Source: a phage
Sequence record: NC_101838.1
DNA length: 64,000 nt
Direction: 5' to 3' (one strand)
Shown here: positions 26,794 through 36,244 of the stretch, one piece after another
Position numbering within the stretch: position 1 is the first letter of the stretch
Layout: each line of letters starts with the position of its first letter
Notes under the pieces: model-generated
What the model was told of the DNA's origin: nothing
Database searches by the model: none
The model's input: only the letters and a program-made list of their open reading frames with translations
Made by a program: the position numbers and the translations under genes

Positions 26794-26991
26794 TCAATCA
26801 GCCTCGCTTGGCAACTCTTCTACCTTAACATGCCGAAAAGTGTTACCGTAATGGTTGATCCATGACATCAGCTCGCTTTCTTGCTCTTCCTCTGGGATGA
26901 ACTCTCGAATGCTGACAAGTTTTAAGAAAACCCAATCACAATCTGCACCCATTCTACCAGACAGGCAATAGTGCTTCATAAAACCTCCCAC
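26794..26991 (-). CDS. hypothetical protein (65 aa)
   Basis: ORF in array. Confidence 0.45.
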   Translation of the reverse strand: MGGFMKHYCLSGRMGADCDWVFLKLVSIREFIPEEEQESELMSWINHYGNTFRHVKVEELPSEAD

Positions 26992-26996
26992 CTGGT

Positions 26997-27191
26997 TTAG
27001 AATATTGCTTCTTCCATTGCACCTGAGAGCAACAAAGAGGTGATCTGGCTAACATTCATCTCAGACTCTACTTCCTCCCCTTTGAAAGGTTCGCGGCAGA
27101 ATAGGACTGTTTCAGGACTTTTACTTCGAACAATATAATACAAATCATTCAATGTGTTGTAGTAATAAGTGTTAAAACGTAAGTTTTTCAT
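26997..27191 (-). CDS. hypothetical protein (64 aa)
   Basis: ORF in array. Confidence 0.45.
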   Translation of the reverse strand: MKNLRFNTYYYNTLNDLYYIVRSKSPETVLFCREPFKGEEVESEMNVSQITSLLLSGAMEEAIF

Positions 27192-27475
27192 TTTCTAGTC
27201 CCCTTCTTAGATTTTTGTGTAGAAACGCTTTCTGCAATACGAGACAAACGTTCTTCTGAAGCCTTGCCTATTCCAGGTTTTTTGAGTGGGTTATCTTTAT
27301 GACCACACTCCAATTGGATATTGGATACCTCTCCAACCTTGTAAGTCAATTCTAGCAAAAGGTTGTCGTCCTTGTCAAATGTTCTTACGATAAATTTTTT
27401 ATCGTTCTCCTGAACTTCGTATCGGGTACCCGCAGTATACAGCATGGTGCCATCCGCATAGGATATCCAGATCAT
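27188..27475 (-). CDS. hypothetical protein (95 aa)
   Basis: ORF in array. Confidence 0.5.
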   Translation of the reverse strand: MIWISYADGTMLYTAGTRYEVQENDKKFIVRTFDKDDNLLLELTYKVGEVSNIQLECGHKDNPLKKPGIGKASEERLSRIAESVSTQKSKKGTRK

Positions 27476-27819
27476 TGAACCTCCTTCTGCTGCAACAGCA
27501 TTAACTCTTTGTTGGAGATTTTTACTGCTGTTTTTATTGTTCCATCTTCACGAAACCACGACCAGAACTCTACAGTGTCCCCACTGTCAAGCAAAGCATA
27601 CCCGTGGTAGAAGTCTTTGTCCTTAGACAGTTTCTCATCTATGTCTGCATCGACACATTCGTGATCCATAGCATTTTGCCTGAATGCATCGGTTATACCA
27701 ATGCACGCCTTGCTCTCAAGACTGGTATATCCGATATCTTTTAATTCAGTTTCCCAAGTCCAGTACCCTATAAAAGCTAAAACAGCTACCCACATTAATA
27801 ACGTTTTAATCTTTGGCAT
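27472..27819 (-). CDS. hypothetical membrane-anchored protein (115 aa)
   Basis: N-terminal hydrophobic segment LLMWVAVLAFIGYW. Confidence 0.5.
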   Translation of the reverse strand: MPKIKTLLMWVAVLAFIGYWTWETELKDIGYTSLESKACIGITDAFRQNAMDHECVDADIDEKLSKDKDFYHGYALLDSGDTVEFWSWFREDGTIKTAVKISNKELMLLQQKEVQ

Positions 27820-27881
27820 TCTCTCTACCTCTTTCTTAGTTTATTTCACTATGGCACATCCTTTGTGCCATATCTCAACCA

Positions 27882-28343
27882 CTACTTAAATAGTAGTCCA
27901 AAATAGTGCAAAATTAACAGAAGTTGAACTACACCTAGTGCAACGGCGAGTATGTTAATCTTAGAATCGAAAAACTTCTTAACTTTTACTCTAAAAGGTT
28001 CCTTAATGTCCTTTACGATCCTATTTATAGATGATTTCATATCCCTGATTACCATCCTAAACATTAGAGACGGATCTTCCTTCTCTGTAATAGAATCGAA
28101 AACATACTCTCTTCGGTCATAAGGGCCTCCAGATCTGCGTATTAACCTCTCCACAGAGACCTCGTACGACACACCTGTAACGTAATCATCTATGATAAGT
28201 AGTGACGGGTCTTTATCGTCCAAGGGTATTAAAGTTATCTTTCCAGATTTTGTTAAAATTTCTCCTTTTTCAAGCAAGGTGTACCAATGCTCTCTACCAA
28301 GATTGTTGAGGCACGTTTTTACATATTTAACAAACATCGTCAC
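27882..28343 (-). CDS. hypothetical protein with C-terminal transmembrane helix (153 aa)
   Basis: C-terminal hydrophobic segment ILAVALGVVQLLLILHYFGLLF. Confidence 0.5.
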   Translation of the reverse strand: MTMFVKYVKTCLNNLGREHWYTLLEKGEILTKSGKITLIPLDDKDPSLLIIDDYVTGVSYEVSVERLIRRSGGPYDRREYVFDSITEKEDPSLMFRMVIRDMKSSINRIVKDIKEPFRVKVKKFFDSKINILAVALGVVQLLLILHYFGLLFK

Positions 28344-28525
28344 CCCTCATCGCACGTCTGATATAACCACTCTATGAAATCTTGATACCATTCGCCCTCT
28401 GAGCGCTCCGTAGGCCAATAATCTTCACCCTCTCGTGCATTAAAATCTGAGTATTCAACTTTCCACTCCTTTACCAGCTCGTGGAGAAGGTTTTCAGCCT
28501 GCTCTAAAGATTTATTTTTTGCCAT
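28340..28525 (-). CDS. hypothetical protein (about 61 aa)
   Basis: ATG with aaaaaggagacagca SD chosen over the track's upstream start. Confidence 0.45.
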   Translation of the reverse strand: MAKNKSLEQAENLLHELVKEWKVEYSDFNAREGEDYWPTERSEGEWYQDFIEWLYQTCDEG

Positions 28526-28744
28526 TGCTGTCTCCTTTTTCAAGATAGTTATACATCAGAACTGCACCACCTAAGATGGCTACCAGTAACAATATCCCAG
28601 ATAGCATCTCAATAAACATGGCTTGAAACACTGGAAGGTCTCCCTAAATTAACGCACCATTTTAAATACATGCTCTTTTCCCATAAAGGTGCCTGGCTAA
28701 GATCTGCGTAGAACGCAATCTCTTTAAGAACAGTATAGATAGTT

Positions 28745-29062
28745 TTAGGTGCGGTCTCCATCCCTACTCTCCTTCCTGATATTCTTGTAGTAATCAACTA
28801 GGCACATTATTACGATGAAGATAACAACAGGCCAAAAAGGTGCAGCAGTGATGATGGTGATAAAATCATCAAACTTCACCCTTCGTCTGGACACGATGCA
28901 TACACCTGTCAAGAATACCGCTGTTATAACGGACATTACCAGGTAACCTATTAGCACAACATTTATACTCATTGGTCCTCCCCTTTGTAGGTTAAATTGT
29001 ATACTACAAATGGTCGCTGAGGGTGTCAAGAAAATTATCCCGTTCTTTCTCAGAGTTTTCAT
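28745..29062 (-). CDS. hypothetical membrane protein (105 aa)
   Basis: Two hydrophobic segments. Confidence 0.45.
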   Translation of the reverse strand: MKTLRKNGIIFLTPSATICSIQFNLQRGGPMSINVVLIGYLVMSVITAVFLTGVCIVSRRRVKFDDFITIITAAPFWPVVIFIVIMCLVDYYKNIRKESRDGDRT

Positions 29063-29537
29063 GTGTGTAGCTGAAAAACATATCGAGAATAACCTTATTG
29101 ATATATTCCAGCTCCTCTGTGTTCAGATGCTTAGCAGGATCTACAATGACATCCCAAATATCATACAGACCACACTCATGATACCCATAACGCCACTCAA
29201 TTGTCAAGCTGAGCGGCAAATCTTTACCTTCACAAACAACCTTCCATCTACATATGTTGGTATCTGGTCGTACCTGTGCACGGTAAACCTGCACAAAATC
29301 CAATTTGAATTTGAGGTACTCGTCATACAATTTAAGCACAAAGCTCTCGATTTGTGGAGACACTTTTGCAGCAAACTGTGCGTATTTGTACTTGCACTGG
29401 ATGATCTTTCTGCGTTTTGCAGTTAAATTTTTTGCCGCCAGTTGTTCTTCAGTGTATCTCCACCTACGATCAACAAACGCAACAGGGTCTTTGTCCCCAT
29501 AGAGGTCTTCCCAGTTAATCAGAAGCATACCTGTCAC
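29004..29537 (-). CDS. hypothetical protein (177 aa)
   Basis: ORF in array. Confidence 0.5.
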   Translation of the reverse strand: MTGMLLINWEDLYGDKDPVAFVDRRWRYTEEQLAAKNLTAKRRKIIQCKYKYAQFAAKVSPQIESFVLKLYDEYLKFKLDFVQVYRAQVRPDTNICRWKVVCEGKDLPLSLTIEWRYGYHECGLYDIWDVIVDPAKHLNTEELEYINKVILDMFFSYTHENSEKERDNFLDTLSDHL

Positions 29538-29767
29538 TCCTCCACAACTTCAAGGCCTTTACCGCCTCGCTCTGGCAGATTACTTAAAGATAGGTAATAC
29601 ATATAATCAGGAGAGATCCTGCCAGACTCTGCACCTGCAGCTAGTAAATCCTTCCCTTTAACCAGGACAACATTCTCGTTTGCAGATAGCCGTTTTGCTT
29701 CCACAATTTTACCAACACAGTCAACCAAGGAAGGGTACCCTAAATCTGTAAGAAATTTAACTTTCAT
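29534..29767 (-). CDS. small acidic protein, MKVK-start family (77 aa)
   Basis: MKVKFLTDLGY...VGKIVEA...KGKDLLAAGA...LEVVEE. Confidence 0.55.
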   Translation of the reverse strand: MKVKFLTDLGYPSLVDCVGKIVEAKRLSANENVVLVKGKDLLAAGAESGRISPDYMYYLSLSNLPERGGKGLEVVEE

Positions 29768-29804
29768 GCTACCTCCTACCTACCGTCCCTGGTAAGATAA
29801 ATTA

Positions 29805-30203
29805 TTACTGAACAGAGCGCGGTGCTGGGAAGGATAACTCTTCTAAAGAGAAGATTTCATTTCCTACCACCCAAGTTGCTGGGTCATCTGGATCAACAGG
29901 TTGGATAATCATTACCTCATCCGCCTCGCACACACGTTTCCCACCCATAGTAGCGTCAGCCACTAACATACGCGGCTCTTCAGAAATGCACAGGTAGCCA
30001 CCTCGGCCCACTGTTCCTTCCACGGGATCCTGCCCTTTGACCACAATGAATACCTTCTCTCCTGTGGAGATATTACTTTTCACACTAACAGTTTGACCAA
30101 CTTTAGATGTACCGATCTTGGTGGCTTCAAACATTAAATCCCGAATTACTGTTGCATAGTTGCCGGACACTTTCTTACCTTCTTTAGTAATCTCAATCTT
30201 CAT
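29805..30203 (-). CDS. hypothetical protein, MKIEIT-start (132 aa)
   Basis: MKIEITKEGKK... start shared with other family members. Confidence 0.55.
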   Translation of the reverse strand: MKIEITKEGKKVSGNYATVIRDLMFEATKIGTSKVGQTVSVKSNISTGEKVFIVVKGQDPVEGTVGRGGYLCISEEPRMLVADATMGGKRVCEADEVMIIQPVDPDDPATWVVGNEIFSLEELSFPAPRSVQ

Positions 30204-30472
30204 AATCTAGGCTCCTTAAATGAATCTATGTAATCAATTAAATCCCAAGCATCCCTATGACCTGTCAGAGGGTATACTTCTCCAAGAGGGATCATAGCAA
30301 TAAGTCTATCAAAAACCCAATCTGGACGCAACATTTTATGGTGATACTCCCACTCACCTTCTACAGACTTTTTCTGAGTGATCAGGATCTCTGTGTAGTG
30401 TTTCGCCTGTCTTGAGTAGATTGAGAATGACTTGTACATAAATGGCCCCCTCTTGTTGAAAACAAAATACAC
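30200..30472 (-). CDS. hypothetical protein (90 aa)
   Basis: ORF in array. Confidence 0.5.
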   Translation of the reverse strand: MYFVFNKRGPFMYKSFSIYSRQAKHYTEILITQKKSVEGEWEYHHKMLRPDWVFDRLIAMIPLGEVYPLTGHRDAWDLIDYIDSFKEPRL

Positions 30473-30474
30473 TA

Positions 30475-30759
30475 CTACCAGGTCACTGTCAAGTAGGCAA
30501 CTGTGTTATTTTTCTCCGGAGAGATGCCAACAACATCCACCTGCAGACCTCCTGCCCTCAAATCCCCAACAATGTGTGGGAAGTAGTCTGAGAGGTGTGA
30601 TGGGAGATTTATCGAAAATCCACATCCCAGAAAGCCTGCTAACGCTTTATTTTGTATCTCCCCAACAATCGCATCATAAATAGAGTTAAGCTCGTCAGGA
30701 AGCGTTACAGGACGTTTTAGCGCTAACTGGTGTAATTTGTCCTTAGCACTCATTTTCAT
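30475..30759 (-). CDS. hypothetical protein (about 94 aa)
   Basis: Internal ATG overlapping the methyltransferase stop (ATGA); the track ORF extends further upstream. Confidence 0.45.
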   Translation of the reverse strand: MKMSAKDKLHQLALKRPVTLPDELNSIYDAIVGEIQNKALAGFLGCGFSINLPSHLSDYFPHIVGDLRAGGLQVDVVGISPEKNNTVAYLTVTW

Positions 30760-31289
30760 TTCAGGTCTACCTCTGGTGGTGCCAACCACATAAATGGCGG
30801 CAAGTCTAGACGGTTTTTCTTGTCCCATACAAAATATGCATATGCCTGCCCATCCGTTCTACCATTAGATTGGAATGACGGACGCTTAGATATTGTGATC
30901 ACAGTGGTAGGTGCATTATCAAGCCACCATTCAAATCTGGCCTTGCTTTCCAGAAAATTAAGACGCAAAAGCATAATAACTACGTCGGCATCTTTCAACG
31001 CCTTGTCCACAAACTCACGAGCCAGGCTGTACGGCGGGTTGGTGATAATACAGTCAACATGGTTGTATTCTGTATTCAGATAGTCAACACCTTCTTGGAT
31101 TTCTCCCCATGCAGATCCTAACGGCATACGGGAGTAGAACACACCTGAGGCACTATTCCTGCAAGGCTCTAAGTAGGTCCAGTCTTCTGGGAACGGAATA
31201 AGGTCATACAGCCCTTCTGCACACCACTCCGGTGTCACATACTCATCGTAGGCGTTACGTTGTTCATCAGGTTTTCTAGCACAAGTCAT
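30756..31289 (-). CDS. putative DNA N6-adenine methyltransferase (small phage Dam-like)
   Basis: Motif IV CIITNPPYS (NPPY); about 177 aa, the size of small phage Dam-like enzymes. Confidence 0.6.
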   Translation of the reverse strand: MTCARKPDEQRNAYDEYVTPEWCAEGLYDLIPFPEDWTYLEPCRNSASGVFYSRMPLGSAWGEIQEGVDYLNTEYNHVDCIITNPPYSLAREFVDKALKDADVVIMLLRLNFLESKARFEWWLDNAPTTVITISKRPSFQSNGRTDGQAYAYFVWDKKNRLDLPPFMWLAPPEVDLK

Positions 31290-31302
31290 GCAAATCTCCA
31301 GA

Positions 31303-31329
31303 TCATAAAAGCCCTCCGAAGAGGGCTTT
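31303..31329 (-). terminator. intrinsic terminator (minus strand)
   Basis: Hairpin aaagccctc-cgaa-gagggcttt with a T-run on the minus strand (plus-strand cataaaa). Confidence 0.6.
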
Positions 31330-31340
31330 AGAATTAATGT

Positions 31341-32390
31341 TTAAGCTTCTTCGACAATTCCTGCACCCAGGATTTTTTCATTGAGCTCTTTTGCTGTTTT
31401 AATAATATTGTCCACCAGACGCTTGCGAGTCTTATCTTTCACCTTAACCTCTTCACCTCCGTTCAGAGTAGTCTTCAATTGAGACAGAATATCCTGAAGT
31501 TCAACGACAGAGAATCTCTGCAGATCTTCTGAAGTAATCTCACTCAGGGCAATTCTGACGGTCTCGCCACTTTCCATCTGCAGATTCAGGAACACAGTGT
31601 GAACATCACCTTTCGAACCACCCGCTTTTGCAGATTCAACAGCATGAACTAACTCATCTAAAGATGTGCACTGGTGAATCTCCGGAAGACCTGCTTCACC
31701 TAACACGCCTTCTTCATCACCTTTTGCCAGAAGCTTTTTCGGTTTTTGTCCGTTCTGGATGCGTTGTATGTTGCCTTCATCCAGAATAATAGCTCCAGTG
31801 CGTGCTGCCAGCTCTTCTCCGTCCAACCACACTTCGCCACCAGCTGTGATGGATGCGATCTCATCTTCTGTCAGCACCCCACCGTAGTATTTTTCGATCA
31901 GGCGTTCAAAACGTTTTTTCCAGTAGCTGACCTGAGTATTCATGTTCACACCGTTACCATAAGTGCCACCTTGATAGTAGTGGAACATAAACTCTGTGTC
32001 CGGAGCCACAGTACGTTCTTTACAACCAAGCCATAAGATTGTTCCAGCAGAGCAGCACATCCCTTCAGCATGTGCAACAACGCTTGCCTGAGACTCTCGG
32101 AATGCCTGCAGATAAGCCATTGCAATGTGCACGCAACCCCCAGGGCTATTGATGATCACCCGAATGCTCTCTTCCGGCTGAGCCATACGGATCGTCTGCA
32201 GACGAGACATATGATCTTGTAAGTCTTCCAAATCGTCGATATAAAGAACGTGGTCAACAACAGGTGTTGGGTAGCTGTATGTTTCCATGATACCGCCCGG
32301 CATACCAAACATTTTATTACTCATAGGTTCGAAACCGTTCTGTTTTTCTTTCATGCCGTGTACCATGGTTCTGCGAGGTGTTAAATTCAT
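31341..32390 (-). CDS. ClpP/SppA-like serine protease with C-terminal extension (349 aa)
   Basis: INSPGGCVHIAMAYL and GMCCSAGTILWLG resemble ClpP-family oxyanion and active-site serine regions; the C-terminal 150 aa is charged and alpha-helical-looking. Confidence 0.6.
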   Translation of the reverse strand: MNLTPRRTMVHGMKEKQNGFEPMSNKMFGMPGGIMETYSYPTPVVDHVLYIDDLEDLQDHMSRLQTIRMAQPEESIRVIINSPGGCVHIAMAYLQAFRESQASVVAHAEGMCCSAGTILWLGCKERTVAPDTEFMFHYYQGGTYGNGVNMNTQVSYWKKRFERLIEKYYGGVLTEDEIASITAGGEVWLDGEELAARTGAIILDEGNIQRIQNGQKPKKLLAKGDEEGVLGEAGLPEIHQCTSLDELVHAVESAKAGGSKGDVHTVFLNLQMESGETVRIALSEITSEDLQRFSVVELQDILSQLKTTLNGGEEVKVKDKTRKRLVDNIIKTAKELNEKILGAGIVEEA

Positions 32391-32450
32391 GAGAAATCCT
32401 TAATATTGGAAGTTGAAAGCTATTTATTTAAACCTGATTCACATTTACCT

Positions 32451-32762
32451 TTATTTAGCAATCACTATGGAATACTTACGATTGTCAGAAGCATCACAAC
32501 TCAATGATTGCCAGTCTACCACATACCACGTATCATTGTCAACAATTACTTTATCGCCTGTTCTGTAGCAAGTGCTGCTTTCAATAATTCGAGACTCGAT
32601 AAAGAATCTGTGTCGGCGCTCACGTAGCAACGCTAAGTTAATTATATTACCACCGCTGTCCTTGGTCCACACATTCTTGGATCCCTTATTTGCCAAAATT
32701 GTCTCGCCGTTATAGACAAACAGGCAGTATATTTTATTCAGTTTCTCTTGTATTGTAGCCAT
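32451..32762 (-). CDS. hypothetical protein (about 103 aa)
   Basis: Internal ATG with agaagga SD; the track's upstream start would overlap phoH. Confidence 0.45.
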   Translation of the reverse strand: MATIQEKLNKIYCLFVYNGETILANKGSKNVWTKDSGGNIINLALLRERRHRFFIESRIIESSTCYRTGDKVIVDNDTWYVVDWQSLSCDASDNRKYSIVIAK

Positions 32763-32863
32763 ACTGTCCTTCTCTCTGTTTTGTCCGATAATAATATCTA
32801 AAGCTTGCCTATTTGTCAACAACTGTTTTAGATATTTAAGGGTGGAATAACCACCCTTCTGTA

Positions 32864-33652
32864 TTACTCGGAAACAGGGGTCCAAATATGATTTGCACGA
32901 TCCTCAATAAGATTGAGTGCGATTTGACGACCCAACCCGGAACGAACGACATCGTCTGGACTATCAAAGCTGATCATTCCAACCTCAGGATCTGGATGAC
33001 GAGTAAAGAAATCCGTCACCCATGCAAGGCCAGATTTACCAGGGATGTCACGTTGGCTATTATCACCCATAATTACAAGGGTGGCTTGATCAGAGATCCT
33101 TGTGATAATTGACAACATTTCTTCAGGGTTAGTTTGCTGTGCCTCGTCAATCAGGACAAAGCATCGCTCATCGAAACTACGACCACGAATGCTTTCAACT
33201 TCACAAATCTCGATACGACTGTTCTGACCGTCTCCCAGCATTGCGGCAAAAGCACCTTTGCCAACACGACGACAAATCGTGTCCATCATGCTTCGAAGAT
33301 AGGGCCACAGTTTCTGCATTGCATTTCCGGGTTTAAATCCTGAAGTCTTTCCTGTCTGGACGTAAGGACGTGCAACAATGATCTTATCAATCTCGTTCTT
33401 ACGCAGAAGATCACCTGCATATGCAGATGCCATAAATGTCTTACCGGATCCAAACACACCGTTTACAATAATAATCTTACGTGACCCTAGATAATCAAGA
33501 TACTTTTGCTGCTTCTTATTCATTGGTCGGAGAGCTGGAGCGGTGTGCTCTCTTTCGTCAGCAAATTTCTCAGCAGCCTTACGCAGGCGATCAGATTTGC
33601 GAGCCTCTCTAGCTTCATCACGCATGCGTTTTGTTTCTTTAGCTCGACCCAT
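32864..33652 (-). CDS. phoH: PhoH-like ATPase
   Basis: Walker A GVFGSGKTF, Walker B LIDEAQ, typical PhoH length (262 aa). Confidence 0.85.
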   Translation of the reverse strand: MGRAKETKRMRDEAREARKSDRLRKAAEKFADEREHTAPALRPMNKKQQKYLDYLGSRKIIIVNGVFGSGKTFMASAYAGDLLRKNEIDKIIVARPYVQTGKTSGFKPGNAMQKLWPYLRSMMDTICRRVGKGAFAAMLGDGQNSRIEICEVESIRGRSFDERCFVLIDEAQQTNPEEMLSIITRISDQATLVIMGDNSQRDIPGKSGLAWVTDFFTRHPDPEVGMISFDSPDDVVRSGLGRQIALNLIEDRANHIWTPVSE

Positions 33653-33690
33653 GTTGGGACTCCTTTCAGATTGAGATGTGCCAAGTACTT

Positions 33691-34041
33691 TTACTGCAAC
33701 AGTTTTTCAATAGCCGCTTCCATGCTGCTTGCAACAGCCTGAACTCGGATATTCATCTCTTCTTGGTGGATCAGCTCCTTAAGCTCTTTAATGGTAAATT
33801 CTTTAGAGAAACCTTCCACCATAATCTTGTGCAAGGCTTCTTGCGTGTCTACTTGCAAGAACTTTTCCAGTTTGTTGGCAGAGGCTTCTAAATCAGCCCG
33901 AATACGAGGGTCATCTGTGCGATTCAGCATTAGGCGTAAGCCATCAAGATTAGTAGAAATAGCATCTGCATGTTGAGTAACTAACCGTGGCAAAATGAGA
34001 TCTACAAACTTATTAGCCAAATCGATACGTTCTTGTGTCAC
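33691..34041 (-). CDS. hypothetical protein (116 aa)
   Basis: ORF; probable GTG start overlapping the stop of a tiny upstream ORF. Confidence 0.5.
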   Translation of the reverse strand: MTQERIDLANKFVDLILPRLVTQHADAISTNLDGLRLMLNRTDDPRIRADLEASANKLEKFLQVDTQEALHKIMVEGFSKEFTIKELKELIHQEEMNIRVQAVASSMEAAIEKLLQ

Positions 34042-34151
34042 TGTTGCACCCCCTCTTCATCTTCATGATGTTTCTTTTCACGCTTGTGTTTTTTCTTAAG
34101 CTCAAGCGCAATCTCTTTCTTGTACGCCTTCTTCAAGGCTTTTTTAGCCAT
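34038..34151 (-). CDS. small basic peptide (37 aa)
   Basis: ggaggtgccaa SD before ATG; MAKKALKKAYKKEIALELKKKHKREKKHHEDEEGVQQ; below track cutoff. Confidence 0.3.
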   Translation of the reverse strand: MAKKALKKAYKKEIALELKKKHKREKKHHEDEEGVQQ

Positions 34152-34213
34152 TTGGCACCTCCTCTGCTTTCATTACGACAATTATAACCGACTTAACAAA
34201 GCTTTGTCAACGA

Positions 34214-34687
34214 TTAGTCAACCTGAACCCAACCATCTGCTACCTTTTTAAACATTCTTTGGTTATCACTGCCTCTAAAGGGTTTTTTGGTGGGGTTATC
34301 TTTTTCGTACTTACCGTCCATAATGTAATCAACACTATCTTTAATGTAATCGGGGACTTCTTCAAACAAATACCCTGTGTACACCCAGATAGTTTTTGTG
34401 TTGCCGAAGTGTTCACGGATAGCGCGAATGATCGAGTACATACCATCAATATTGTAAGGCGCTAAAGGTTCGCCACCGCATAATGTAACGCCAGTAATGT
34501 GTTTCGGCTTTATAGAGTGAAGTATACTCTCAATAGTGTCATTTGTTAACGGTTCCCCTTTAGCTGGTGACCAAACACTTTTGTTTTGGCAACCGACGCA
34601 GTGATGTGGGCAACCAGAACAGAACACCGTTGTCCTAATGCCTGGGCCGTCAACCATGCTACACTCTATAATATTAACAACATTCAT
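34214..34687 (-). CDS. nrdG: anaerobic ribonucleotide reductase activating protein (radical SAM)
   Basis: Radical-SAM CxxxCxxC motif (CSGCPHHCVGC) plus a second Cys cluster; about 157 aa; located next to nrdD. Confidence 0.85.
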   Translation of the reverse strand: MNVVNIIECSMVDGPGIRTTVFCSGCPHHCVGCQNKSVWSPAKGEPLTNDTIESILHSIKPKHITGVTLCGGEPLAPYNIDGMYSIIRAIREHFGNTKTIWVYTGYLFEEVPDYIKDSVDYIMDGKYEKDNPTKKPFRGSDNQRMFKKVADGWVQVD

Positions 34688-34920
34688 TCCTTATCCTCTT
34701 TTAGGTAAGGATATTCAGGCCCACAATAAGCTCTATCCAAGAAAACAGCTTCTTCCCCTCTGGAATCAGTAGATCTATAATACCCATCACCATGGTAACT
34801 AACGAACCAGTGGCACCCATCATCGCTTTCTACTGTTGTGGCTCTGTCCGAATGAAAGATAATTTCGTAATCCTTACCGAATGTAAACCATCTGTTAGCT
34901 TTTACACAGACACCTATCAT
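34684..34920 (-). CDS. hypothetical protein (78 aa)
   Basis: ORF between the endonuclease-like gene and nrdG; stop overlaps nrdG start. Confidence 0.5.
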   Translation of the reverse strand: MIGVCVKANRWFTFGKDYEIIFHSDRATTVESDDGCHWFVSYHGDGYYRSTDSRGEEAVFLDRAYCGPEYPYLKEDKE

Positions 34921-35071
34921 AAGGAACCTCTCTTCTGTGATGTGCTTCTATTCAAGATAAACCTATAAAAGTCCATTTGATGAAGCCGTATAACTTTTTA
35001 TACTTACGCTTCAGTGCTAACAATTTTATCTTGATTTTCTTGATAGATTTCCGCATTTCGACCCCTTATGC

Positions 35072-35188
35072 TTATAAGTACTCCGCATCGCATTCAGGGC
35101 AATGCCAAATAAAATCGTCCAGTGCCTTGCACCAACGAAGATTGCAACGACAACCACACTTGCAAATTTTATAAATACCTGATGACAT
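35072..35188 (-). CDS. small zinc-ribbon peptide (38 aa)
   Basis: ggaggtgcagt SD before ATG; CKCGCRC...CPEC cysteine pairs; below track cutoff. Confidence 0.3.
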   Translation of the reverse strand: MSSGIYKICKCGCRCNLRWCKALDDFIWHCPECDAEYL

Positions 35189-35240
35189 ACTGCACCTCCT
35201 TAGTTAATAGCATGTTTAAGATATGCATATCTTTCTACAA

Positions 35241-36173
35241 TCATTTACCACAAATCTTCTTGTATACCTCTTCTACCGTGTCAAACACTTCAGGCCTGTA
35301 GTAGAAAAACTCAGTGCTACCGTCAAATTTTACAGGAAAGTTTATTTTATACTTGCTCAAGGCCTTATGCACAGATTTTTCTAAATCTACCATGTTTTGA
35401 GTTGATCCGCTCCATGTTTTTACTACGTGAAGAGTGTGGACACCTGCGCCAGATTTACGAGCACTGTTAAGCACCTCATTTTTCCTCCTGTGCATTTTAA
35501 CGCATACACCGATTTTCATAAGTGTTGGCACTTCTAAGTCATCAACCATAATGTAGAGTTTACCGTACTCATGAGATAAGAATCCATTTTGTGCGCATTT
35601 ACAGCAGCCACGACCACTTTTTAGGTTATTAGGTTTAGCAGACCACTTATACCCACAAATTTTGCACCTACATTGCACTTTTGTGTTATCATTGGCAATT
35701 TTCTCTAATATTTCTATGTCTGGGTTGGCTTTGTGGATAATTGCAGCGTGCTCCTTATGGGTTAACGCTTGACTTTGCCCACGTCTTAAGTCATAGCACT
35801 CTGGGCAGCCGTTTCTTTGGTATAAGTGGTTTTCAGGGTATTGTTCAAACACACCGTGTTCAGGGCAAACAATTTTTACAGGCGTTCTCATGTTCGCATA
35901 TTTGACTAATGAGTAATCGTACTTGTCCCCATGAACAGCCATAGCCTCTTTTATGAACTCTTCAGTGTTCTTTTTCGCTGACCCACCACACCTTGGACAA
36001 CCATGATTCTTGAAAGCATGTGCCACAGGGGTTTGCCAGAACTCACCGTGCTCAGGACAAATTATACACACAGGTGTCTTGTTGTTTTTATACTCCACTT
36101 TGAAGTAATCATATTTGTCACCATGTATAGTCTGAGCTTTTTCTATAAACTCTTCGGTTGTTAGTCTTCTCAT
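35241..36173 (-). CDS. T5orf172 (GIY-YIG-like) domain protein with three N-terminal zinc-ribbon repeats; homing-endonuclease-like
   Basis: Three repeats of FIEKA..IHGDKYDY..V.Y.N..TPV.I.CPEHG.F.Q.P..H...GCP.C; C-terminal KIGVCVKMHRRKNEV...DGSTEFF matches the T5orf172 domain pattern. Confidence 0.6.
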   Translation of the reverse strand: MRRLTTEEFIEKAQTIHGDKYDYFKVEYKNNKTPVCIICPEHGEFWQTPVAHAFKNHGCPRCGGSAKKNTEEFIKEAMAVHGDKYDYSLVKYANMRTPVKIVCPEHGVFEQYPENHLYQRNGCPECYDLRRGQSQALTHKEHAAIIHKANPDIEILEKIANDNTKVQCRCKICGYKWSAKPNNLKSGRGCCKCAQNGFLSHEYGKLYIMVDDLEVPTLMKIGVCVKMHRRKNEVLNSARKSGAGVHTLHVVKTWSGSTQNMVDLEKSVHKALSKYKINFPVKFDGSTEFFYYRPEVFDTVEEVYKKICGK

Positions 36174-36244
36174 TACCAGACCAGACCCTTCCGCTATTCA
36201 CTTTATATTGCATACTATAGAAAAGAGGAATAGAAGTCAATAAA

